From positions 544,001 through 608,000 of the forward strand of contig CAWDSK010000005.1 of the NCBI GenBank assembly GCA_963804995.1: 64,000 nucleotides of DNA. Direction: 5' to 3'. Under the pieces are notes generated by a model. That model worked only from the letters and a program-made list of their open reading frames with translations. It was not told the origin of the DNA and made no database searches. The position numbers and the translations under genes are program-made. The stretch's first letter is position 1, and each line of letters starts with the position of its first letter. Positions 41,946-50,226 of this stretch are shown here, one piece after another. The DNA comes from an uncultured Acidobacteriota bacterium (GTDB lineage Bacteria; Acidobacteriota; Terriglobia; UBA7540).

Positions 41946-42360
41946 GTAGCCACGGACAGCGCTTTTCTGTCCGTGGGCTTTTCCCTTGAAACCATACCTC
42001 CTGTCGAATATGATTGCAAAGACTGTGCTCTCCGTGGAAGCTTGGAGGACCTGGGCCGTGGTGGTAATCTGCCGGCGTGTCCAACGTCCACCGTTTACGC
42101 CACACGGACTGCATCTTCTTTGTCAGTGTAAACCTGCGCCCACGATTCAGGCGATTCAACGAATCTGAATACGATTTGCTCCTAACCGTATTGGAGGCTT
42201 CGCGGCGACGGTTGGGATTTCTACTCTGCGGCTATGTTCTGATGCCCGATCATTGGCACGCCCTGATTTGGCCGCAGTATCCGTTTGATTACGTAAGATA
42301 GCCTTTGGGATATCGCGCCTGAGAAAAGCCCACGGACAGGAAAGCACTGTCCGTGGCTAC
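41946..42360. mobile_element. REP-flanked RAYT remnant (REPtron-like)
   Basis: GTAG-REP at 41946-41979 and inverted copy at 42327-42360 bracket a truncated HUH transposase; third REP at 42709-42742. Confidence 0.8.
42077..42301 (+). pseudogene. Truncated REP-associated tyrosine transposase (RAYT/TnpA-REP, Y1 HUH)
   Basis: IFFVSVN...GYVLMPDHWHALI HUH motif; ends at 74 aa, before the catalytic Tyr region. Confidence 0.85.
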
Positions 42361-42868
42361 CGGCTAACTCCTGAAGACTCGAAGTTCGCCGAGGTTTCAT
42401 GTGTTAGTTCTTCGTGTGCCAACTGAGCGAAAGTATCGTGGTAAAACAGCCGCCCGGGTTCGGATTTTGAAGAATTATGCGAACGAAGAGCCGCGGACCC
42501 CAAAGTCGGGGGGCCGCGCTACGAAATATGTGACCGCCACGAAATATGCCCGCCCTACACTCGTCGCTAACGATACCAAGGGTGCAAACGTCGTAGCGCA
42601 GACCTCCGCCCTTGAGGTCTGCGGCTCTTCGTGTGCCAATTAAGCAAATTTATCGTTGTGAGGCAGCCGCCGGTATTCGCAACTTGAAGGGATTTGCGAA
42701 CGAAGCGGGTAGCCACGGACAGTGCTTTTCTGTCCGTGGGCTTTTCCCTTGAGACCATACCTCCAGTCGAATACATCTGCAATGACTGCGCTCACCGTTT
42801 ATAAATTCAAAAACCATAAGGTCGGCGCTACATTTGAAATTAGGAGCCTACCGGCCCATCCCATGACC

Positions 42869-42906
42869 TTGACGGATTCGCTTCAATGTAGCTACAATAG
42901 CTACAA
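42869..42906 (+). promoter_or_regulatory. TA promoter with TGTAGCTACA palindrome
   Basis: TTGACG-18 nt-TACAAT; the palindrome and a repeated TAGCTACA overlap the -10 box. Confidence 0.65.
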
Positions 42907-42920
42907 GAGGAGACCAGGCT

Positions 42921-43202
42921 ATGATTTCCGTGGGAGTGCGTGAGCTCAAGAACGGCCTAACCCGCTATCTGCGGCTGGTCGATCAAGGTCACGCGGTGCT
43001 GGTGATGAACCGCAATCGGGCGGTGGCGGTGGTGAAGAAGCCGGACCCCGACTCCGCGTCGACCCTCGAGGAAAGAATCGCCGCCTTGGTGGTGGAGGGA
43101 AGGTTGTTGCGGGCGGAAAAGGCCGGGCCTTGCCTACCGTTCAAACCGGTGCGCGTGAAAGGGAAGCCCGTCTCCAGACTGATTATTGAGGACCGGCGGT
43201 GA
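42921..43202 (+). CDS. Phd/YefM-family antitoxin
   Basis: SVGVRELKNGLTRYLRLV..G..VLV..RNRAVA motif. Confidence 0.9.
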   Translation: MISVGVRELKNGLTRYLRLVDQGHAVLVMNRNRAVAVVKKPDPDSASTLEERIAALVVEGRLLRAEKAGPCLPFKPVRVKGKPVSRLIIEDRR

Positions 43203-43636
43203 TTTTCTTTGATGCCAGCGCCGCGGCCAAAAGATACTTCCAGGAAGCCGGCTCAGACCGGGTCATCCGCCTGTGGAGCGGCACGGAGTTCATCTTTTCG
43301 CTCGCCCTTCTGCCCTGCGAGCTCTTCTCCGCCTTGAATCGAAAACGCCGGGAGCGCGCCTTGCCTCGCGGGGCTTATCCTGCCCTCAAGAAGCAGATCC
43401 GGGAGGATGTGAGCAAGATCCACGCAGTACCCATCCATGCCGAACTCATCGAACTCTCCCTGCGCCTGCTGGATGCGCATCCGCTCAAGACCCTCGATTC
43501 GCTTTACCTGGCGGGGGCATTGGGTTTGCAGCAGGCCCTGAAGGAACCGGTCCTGTTTGTCGCCGCCGACCGGCAAATTCTTCAGGCCGCCCAAGCCGAA
43601 GGGCTGCGCACGCTGAATCCAGAAACTGGGCCCTGA
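43199..43636 (+). CDS. vapC: VapC/PIN toxin
   Basis: IFFDASAAAKRY, E, LKTLDSL and FVAAD motifs; GTGA overlap with the antitoxin. Confidence 0.9.
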   Translation: MIFFDASAAAKRYFQEAGSDRVIRLWSGTEFIFSLALLPCELFSALNRKRRERALPRGAYPALKKQIREDVSKIHAVPIHAELIELSLRLLDAHPLKTLDSLYLAGALGLQQALKEPVLFVAADRQILQAAQAEGLRTLNPETGP

Positions 43637-43881
43637 GCAGGTAGCAGAGGCAGGCGCGGTTTGACAGTTCTACACCGGGAAATGACCGCCGGGGGATGCG
43701 GGTGCAAGGCTTGTCTTTCGGAGTGCGGCGACTCGTCGCCGCTTTTGCTCGCCGCGACTCGTCGCGGCGTACCTTCGCACCGGTGACGAGTCACCGGCTG
43801 CAAAAAGCGGGAACGAGCTCCCGCACTCCGAAAACGAGGCTACCGGTCAGAGCACCGGCGTTGGATGGCCAGGTGAAAGCC
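43636..43881. repeat. 246-bp direct repeat, copy 1 (contains a GGAGTGCG REP pair)
   Basis: Colinear with 44807-45052 at offset 1171, with scattered substitutions. Confidence 0.9.
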
Positions 43882-43938
43882 ATTACACGGGGCCAGATGA
43901 CGAGCCGCGGAGGAGGCCGAAGTACATCCGCCTGTGCA

Positions 43939-44218
43939 TTAGGTTGCAAGCTCACGAGAGCCGTGTTGCAGATGGAGAATTTCCACAAATTTAGGAGATT
44001 CGTTCACGCGGTAATATATCAAGATGGGGGTATGGATCAACTGGCGTACTCCTGGACGCCCCTTAACCAGGCTGCTGATGTAAGGGAAACTCTTGAGGAG
44101 CTCAATGTGATTAAGTATGGCGTCGCCGAACCGCTCGGCGCTGGCGGGAAAGTTGGCCCAAGAATAGGCGAGGATGAAAATCTGCTAACGCGGCTTCTGT
44201 GATTCGAATTTGGGAATC
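43939..44218 (-). pseudogene. ParE/RelE-like toxin pseudogene (no start codon, internal frameshift)
   Basis: Manual translation DSQIRITEAALADF / ILAYSWANFPASAERFGDAILNHIELLKSFPYI..GVRQLIHTPILIYYRV..VEILHLQHGSR. Confidence 0.75.
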
Positions 44219-44358
44219 CTGACGAGCTTCCGAACTTCATCGAGAGGCACGACCCGGCCCGCGTCGGCGTCAGCCGTACCGCGGTCGATCGCTGCCAGGG
44301 TCTTGGCGTCGACTTCAACTTCCTCGACGATGGGTACTTCCAGCTTGAGATCGGTCAT
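44185..44358 (-). CDS. Small antitoxin (partner of the dead ParE-like toxin)
   Basis: LAAIDRGTADADAGRVVPLDEV motif typical of ParE-associated antitoxins. Confidence 0.7.
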   Translation of the reverse strand: MTDLKLEVPIVEEVEVDAKTLAAIDRGTADADAGRVVPLDEVRKLVRIPKFESQKPR

Positions 44359-44502
44359 ACCGTCACAGTACCCCAAGCTGGCGCAGAATGCAAACGCGGT
44401 AGGCGAAGAAAAGATTCACCACAGAGTGCCAGCCCACCGGTGGGCGGGTCCATAGTGGGGGAAACTTGAAGTTTCTGGAGAGGCGCAGAGTAAGAAAGAT
44501 GG

Positions 44503-44718
44503 TCATGGCTGGTGCTCATCATGGCGGGCAGCCACATCGGGTTCGCCGGATTGGTAGCGCTCTCCCAAAATGGCATAAATGCCGTCCAGTTGGCCATTAC
44601 GGTCTTCCGCTTGCGCAACCGGTCGCGGCTCAAACTCCACCTCAGTGCGCTCCGGCAGTTCGACCGTTTCCAGCGGTCGGAATACGCCGCTTTCATAAAC
44701 TGCATGGATCGTCTTCAT
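44503..44718 (-). CDS. AF2212-like (DUF104) antitoxin, orphan
   Basis: MKTIHAVYESGVFRPLETVELPE motif. Confidence 0.85.
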   Translation of the reverse strand: MKTIHAVYESGVFRPLETVELPERTEVEFEPRPVAQAEDRNGQLDGIYAILGERYQSGEPDVAARHDEHQP

Positions 44719-44806
44719 GATCTACTCTTACCATGTCATTTGCGGCAAAGCCAGTTTCTTCTCCGTGTCGTCTCGGTGCCATGACCAGCAGAGTAATGTG
44801 ACTGCC

Positions 44807-45052
44807 AGCAGCTAGCAGAGGTAGGCGCGGTTTGACAGTTCTACACCGGGAAATGACCGCCTGGGGATGCGGGTGCAAGGCTTGTCTTTCGGAGTGCGGC
44901 GACTCGTCGCCGCTTTTGCTCGCCGCGACTCGTCGCGGCGTACCTTCGTACCGGTGACGAGTCACCGGCGGCAAAAAGCGGGAGCGAGCTCCCGCACTCC
45001 GAAAACGACGCCACCGGTCAGACCACCCGCGTTGGATGGCCAGGCGAAAGCC
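44807..45052. repeat. 246-bp direct repeat, copy 2
   Basis: Colinear with 43636-43881. Confidence 0.9.
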
Positions 45053-45083
45053 GCTCCGGACACGGGGCCACATGATGAGCAAG

Positions 45084-45168
45084 GTAGCGCGGACCTGTGC
45101 TTGAGGTCCGCGGCTATTCGTTGTTATGCGGGGAAGAACCGCGGACCTACAAGACAGGTCCGCGCTAC
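45084..45168. repeat. GTAG-type REP pair (REPIN)
   Basis: GTAGCGCGGACCTG..AGGTCCGCGG ... CCGCGGACCT..CAGGTCCGCGCTAC; relatives at ~42489-42626 and ~46304-46387. Confidence 0.75.
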
Positions 45169-45285
45169 ACGTCCTGAAATAATCCCCATTGCCAGGCAAC
45201 GGCCTACTCGAACAATTAGGTTTGGACAGGAGAGGAAGAATGGCCCGCAGGGGCGCGACAGCGCCATTTCTACAGCGCCAGCGAT

Positions 45286-46038
45286 TCAGGCGGGGTGCTT
45301 TTCGGGGCCAGCCTGGGTGGCGCAGGACTCGATGAAGTCATCGATTTCGCTGAGGGAAGCAACCACCCGAGGATAGTTGATCACATGTACGTTAAACGCA
45401 AAGCGGTTGTCGGCGCCAGAAGCATCCAGCAACCGTTCGCGCAGATGCTCCGCCACGCGGTCGGCGTCTTCCTCGAGTATTTCGGGAAGCAGGATCCCCA
45501 AAACTCCCGGAGCGAGCAGATAGACCCTGTCCTTGCCACGGAACATCCGGACCGTAACCTTGGCCGCGTCCGCCAGCACCCGCGAAGTCTCGCCGGACTC
45601 CAGCACCTGCGATGAAGGGCTGAGAACAGTTAGCACCAGTGAGAGCGGCTGCTGGAAAGTCGTCGCATTGGAAAACTCGAGATTCAATCGGGTTCGAAAC
45701 TGCTCGAGGTCTGGCAGGGTTTCGAGCAGGTCGGTGCCCGCCTGGCGGAGCAGGTCTGCCGTCCGCGTTCGTTCTTCCTGGAGCTGCGTGCGCAGGTGAC
45801 GCACGGTCAACTGCCGTTCGACGAGATAGGCGACGAGAAGCAGTGATAGGACACAAAAACTGAAGATAATTTCGTGCGGCGATACCCCCTGGGGGAACGC
45901 AGGACTCCAGTGGGAGGAGAAGTACATCAGCAAGGCCATCCCCCCGGCGAGGATGCCGATCATGGCGATAGCGATTACCCACAACTCCGCGTTGCGCCGT
46001 TCGAGCTGTTGGGGGTCAATATGGTCAAAGACCTGCAA
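45286..46038 (-). CDS. Membrane protein with a degenerate GGDEF-like domain
   Basis: Two TM helices, a coiled coil, then DLLETLP..F..RL..E..PLSLV and RGKDRVYLLAPGVLGILLPE; the GGDEF motif itself is lost. Confidence 0.7.
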   Translation of the reverse strand: MQVFDHIDPQQLERRNAELWVIAIAMIGILAGGMALLMYFSSHWSPAFPQGVSPHEIIFSFCVLSLLLVAYLVERQLTVRHLRTQLQEERTRTADLLRQAGTDLLETLPDLEQFRTRLNLEFSNATTFQQPLSLVLTVLSPSSQVLESGETSRVLADAAKVTVRMFRGKDRVYLLAPGVLGILLPEILEEDADRVAEHLRERLLDASGADNRFAFNVHVINYPRVVASLSEIDDFIESCATQAGPEKHPA

Positions 46039-46217
46039 AGTTCCTCCAGTGGCGATTGTCGGGCGCAGCGTTGTCTTCGAGGCCCTCTCAACCGTGCACA
46101 GGCTATTTTAGCGGGAATTTCGAGCTGAGTCTTTAGGATTGCGAAGCAAGTTAGCGCGGACCGGTTCTTGAGGTTCGCGCGACACGTCTTGACGCTACAT
46201 TCGGCACCATCCCTTTT

Positions 46218-46291
46218 CAGCACCACCCCGGCGCTCAGCGCGCCACCCCTCCTCATCTGAGGAGGGGTGGCGCGCCGAGCGCCGGGGTGGT
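46218..46291. repeat. Palindromic REP-like element
   Basis: Near-perfect hairpin; related to 24351-24460. Confidence 0.75.
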
Positions 46292-46567
46292 TACCAGAGC
46301 AACGCAGCCCGGACCTGTTCTAGGTCCGCGGCTTTTCTTTGTCATGGGGGGAAGAACCGCGGACCTACAAAACAGGTTCGCGCGACACGTCCTGAAACAA
46401 TCCACAAGGCCGTGGGCTCAAAACAGTTCTTGCGCCACGGGCTACTCCTCTGGCTGCTGGTGGGGTATATTGTGTGCCTTGCTCGGAGAAAGTCCGCTGA
46501 TGCTTTGTCAGGAGACGGAACTTTTGGGACGGATCAGAAATGAGGCCTACGCTAGGAGCGATCGGTG

Positions 46568-47612
46568 ATGAACAAGTCAGACCTTCAATCCCCGTTGTTC
46601 TTTGAGCGTAATCGCGTCTTTCGGGTTTACGAGGGAGGCAAGCTCTTTCATGACTTCTTTGGAGACGAAGCGGTGGATGGCAATTTTCCTGAGGAGTGGA
46701 TTGCCTCCGCGGTAAGGGCTTTGAACAAGGAAGTGCGAACGCCGGATGAAGGGCTGTCGAAAATCAGGGGAGAAGAGAACGTCTTTCGCGGCTTTGCTGG
46801 CCGCCTACCCGGAAGAGATGACCGGTGGCAAGGGATTCGACATCCTGGTAAAGATACTCGATAGCGCCGTCCGGCTACCCGCGCAGACCCATCCCGATCC
46901 GGATTTCTCCAGGAAACATTTCGCGAGCAGTCATGGCAAAACCGAGTGCTGGGTCATTCTCGCGACCCGGCCTGGTGCAATGCTTTTTTTCGGCTTCAAG
47001 GAAGGCGTCACCGCGGCCGATCTCCAGGAAGCCGTGGCGAAGAGTGAACAGCCAGGGGACGCGTTTTCCGGTCTGATGCAAGAAGTGGAGGCTAGGGTGG
47101 GAGATGTTTGGCTGATTCCGGCGCGCGTCGCGCATGCTATCGGGGCCGGATGCCTGATTCTGGAGGTTCAAGAACCCACCGACTTCACCATCCAACCGGA
47201 GCGTTGGTGCGATCGCTATCGCCTTTCCGATCAGGAAATGTATTTGGGACTTGCCCAGGATGTTGCCCTCAGTTGTTTCGACTTGCAGCGGGTCGGCCCT
47301 CAGGTTCTGGCACAAGGAAGAAAGCAGCCCTCGCTCGCACAAGAAAACGAAGACTTCAAAAAGGAGGTCCTTATTTCGTTCGAGGACACTCCCTGTTTTG
47401 CCGTGAATCGATATACAGTGCACAAATCCTGTGCCCTGGAGAGTCTGGCTGTCTATGTTGTGACGAGCGGGCAGGGATCTTTAAGGAGCCCCTCCGGTAT
47501 CCAAAGCGTGAAGAAAGGAACGTATTTCTTTGTTCCCTTCGCAGGGAAATCGGTGAAGCTCCAATCCGAAGGTGAGGTTGAACTGGTCGAGTGCCTTCCT
47601 CCCGGCCGATGA
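46568..47612 (+). CDS. Class I mannose-6-phosphate isomerase-like cupin, frameshift ~46775
   Basis: RVYEGGK and PEEWIAS, then LVKILDS..LPAQTHP, GKTECW and HAIGAG..LEVQEPTD in a second frame. Confidence 0.85.
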
Positions 47613-47874
47613 AGCTTGGCTTGGCACAGCACCCCCTGGGTTTGATCGCGAGTGCGCCGTGGGGCAGAGCGAGGTCGCTCCATTCCTGGCTCGCCCACTC
47701 GAAAAGTCGGTTTTGAGTGGTCCGCCGGGTGGATGGTTGTCCCGAAGGGGGTGCGAGGAAACAGGTCCTGCCTTGTCGCCAAGGGGTAGCTGTCGACAGC
47801 CCTTCCCACCATCTAACAGGTGCGTCGCCGAAAGTAGGGTGTGCACCCCTGCGGGCTGCAGAGTGGGCCGGGAG

Positions 47875-48834
47875 TCACAGCAGGCTGAAGGCTTTCTTCA
47901 TGGCCTCGGACGTGCTGCTGCACGCCCGGTCAATGGGCATGGCACGTAGGGCGGCATTGAAAGGCTCGGCTTGGATGGGACCGTCGTAGCCGATCTCGAC
48001 CAGCGCGCCCAGAAACTCCTTTACGGGAATGACACCCGTGGCAACGGGCAGCTCACGGTGGTCGTCCTGGTACTGATCGAGCGTCAGACCGACGGGCGCA
48101 TCGTTCAGGTCCACGGTCAACACCTCGGAGCCGCGCAGCGTCAACAGGTCCTTGCCCGTCTCTTGCGCGTTAAACCAGTGCCAGCTATCGAGCTGAATGC
48201 CCAGGTTGTCTGTGCCGATAGCAACAATCAGTTCTTTCATCTCGCTCAGCGTGTGTAGGAAGGGATGTCGCTGGCTCCGCCAGATGGTGCGTGGCGCAAC
48301 GTACTCCAAGCCGAGTTTCTGCCCGCGGTCGGCAAGAACCTGCGCGCACTGGCGCAACCGGCAAGCGTGCTGGCGGAAATTCTGCAGGTAGGTGAGGTCA
48401 TTGCTGCAAGGGGGAACCCAGGTGCTGACGCGCCGGACACCCGCTCGCATCAGGAGGTCCGCAGCGGCGGGGAGCTTCTTCAACCCGTCGTTAAACGTCG
48501 CCTCATCCTGGCGAAACTCCACCGGCAGACCGGCAGCGCCGAACTTGAGATTCTTGGCTTGCAGGTCGTCAAGGAGCGGCTTGAGTCCCTCCTCCCCCAG
48601 CGAAGCAAAATACTTCGGATCAGGATCCAGGCCTTCGAACCCGTGCTTGACGGCGAGTTCAAGTGACTCCGGGAAACTGGCGTGAAAACCGAGGCGTCCG
48701 AGACTCAGGATTGCATAGAACCTGCGCTTGGGAATCTCCGCGGACGCCTCGAGCCTTCCTGGAGTCGGCTGAGCCGCAAGGCTAGCTGCCGCTCCGGCGG
48801 AGAGGAATTGTCGGCGAGTGATTTCGTTGGTCAT
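47875..48834 (-). CDS. Tat-exported sugar phosphate isomerase/epimerase (xylose isomerase-like TIM barrel)
   Basis: ITRRQFL; LGLEY, LDSWHW, DLND and GYDGPIQAEPF motifs. Confidence 0.88.
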   Translation of the reverse strand: MTNEITRRQFLSAGAAASLAAQPTPGRLEASAEIPKRRFYAILSLGRLGFHASFPESLELAVKHGFEGLDPDPKYFASLGEEGLKPLLDDLQAKNLKFGAAGLPVEFRQDEATFNDGLKKLPAAADLLMRAGVRRVSTWVPPCSNDLTYLQNFRQHACRLRQCAQVLADRGQKLGLEYVAPRTIWRSQRHPFLHTLSEMKELIVAIGTDNLGIQLDSWHWFNAQETGKDLLTLRGSEVLTVDLNDAPVGLTLDQYQDDHRELPVATGVIPVKEFLGALVEIGYDGPIQAEPFNAALRAMPIDRACSSTSEAMKKAFSLL

Positions 48835-48961
48835 GGTCGGCCCCCCGTCGTGCAGTGTAACACGTATAGGCTGGGGTAGTCGGGGAGCGCTGGGTCGGGG
48901 CATCGCGTCGCTCCTGTTTTGAACAATCTTTTGCGGGAATTGAAGCGGGCATCCACGATCA

Positions 48962-49456
48962 CTGGTGTCGTGACGGTGGGTCTTTCTTTTTGGCACATCG
49001 CAAAAGCAAGAGTAGCGCAGAGTCTCGTGCTTTCCGAGACTCTGCGGCTTTTCGTTTCTTGGGCGCGCCCCCGCTTGTCTTTCCTTCTAATTACTCGTCA
49101 CTGGCCCCCATTCACTACTCCCTAATTTCTGTTCCCTATTCCCTGTTCCCTGCTTTTGGTGTGTTAATAATACAGTGCATGTTTATCAGATAAAAAGCCG
49201 CAGAGTGTGAAAGCAAGCGTAGCGCAGAGTCTCGTGCTTTCCGAGACTCTGCGGCTTTTCGTTTCTTGGGCGCGACTTCCTCTCACCCCTTATGACCTCC
49301 TCTTTTCACTATCCCCTGTTCCCTGCCTTCTAGTGTGTTAATAATACAGTGCATGTTTATCAGATAAAAAGCCGCAGAGTGTGAAAGGCACACACTCTGC
49401 GCTACCTGCTGGTGTCGCGACTGTGGGTCTTTCTTTTTGGCACATCGCAAAAGCCC
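48962..49456. repeat. Tandem duplication of a REP-containing ~170-210 bp unit, bracketed by a 46-bp direct repeat
   Basis: GTAGCGCAGAGTCTCG..CGAGACTCTGCGGC at 49011 and 49219; GTGTTAATAATACAGTGCATGTTTATCAGATAAAAAGCCGCAGAGT twice; CTGGTGTCG..TTTTTGGCACATCGCAAAAGC at 48962 and ~49409. Confidence 0.85.
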
Positions 49457-49842
49457 ACAGTCAGAAAATCGCTGACTGTGGCTACCCGCTCCCGGTTACA
49501 TCCCCACAAAAAAAGCTGTTGCCGAAGGGTGGCATGATTACTCCTGGGAGTGGGCGGACCCGCACTCGGCGGAAGATGCCTTGCTGCCCGCCTTGCACGC
49601 GGCGCTGCGAAAATCGTGACCGGTCCGGAGTGAGAGGATGGACTGGTTTGATTATCTTCGCGTGCCTTCTTGCCTGCGCCTCCTGCCGCGGCGGGACATG
49701 GACCAAATCGCCGATGCCGTGCTAGCCACGCCCAAGAACTGGCTCGGCCGAAGTTTGTGCCCGTTCTTTCCCGCCCCGAGATGCACAAGAAATGTGAACG
49801 GGTCGAGCCATCCTAGTGTAGTGTGTCGCAAGCGGTGGCACT

Positions 49843-50168
49843 TGTAGCGCCGACCTTGAGGTCGGCATGTGCTGACCTAATGATTTTTGAATTTTTAACT
49901 TGTAGAACTCTCAAGCGTCGGCGTGACCCCTCACCCGTCCCGCCCCGGCTGATGAAAACGCCGACGGCGGTCCACCCTCTCCCCTCGGAGAGGGCTAGGC
50001 ACTGTAAATCCCAGCCTTCTCCCAGGGGAGAAGGTGGCCGACGTAGGAGGACGGATGAGGGGTTACTTTCACGCGCGGGGCGCCGGAGTCTTTTACAACT
50101 TATAAATTCAAAAACCAAAAGGTCACCGCTACGTCGGCATGCGTCCCGACCTGGTCGGGACGCTACAA
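49843..50168. repeat. Composite MITE-like repeat with GTAG-REP ends, inverted copy of 34410-34707
   Basis: GTAGCGCCGACC.. / ..GACGCTAC ends; TTTTTGAATTTTTAACTTGTAGAA / TTTTACAACTTATAAATTCAAAAA arms. Confidence 0.75.
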
Positions 50169-50226
50169 CAGCGACCCTGACAATCACCCGCACCTCGATT
50201 TGAGACGCGCTGCACCAGGAGGTCTC

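Noticed and set aside
44185..44187. Stop-codon readthrough fusing the antitoxin to the ParE-like frame
   Set aside because: The in-frame arrangement is better explained by a deletion in the toxin, whose N-terminus is still visible in another frame.
49640..49730. RRDMDQIADAV, resembling a DegT-family C-terminus
   Set aside because: Too short to support a pseudogene call.
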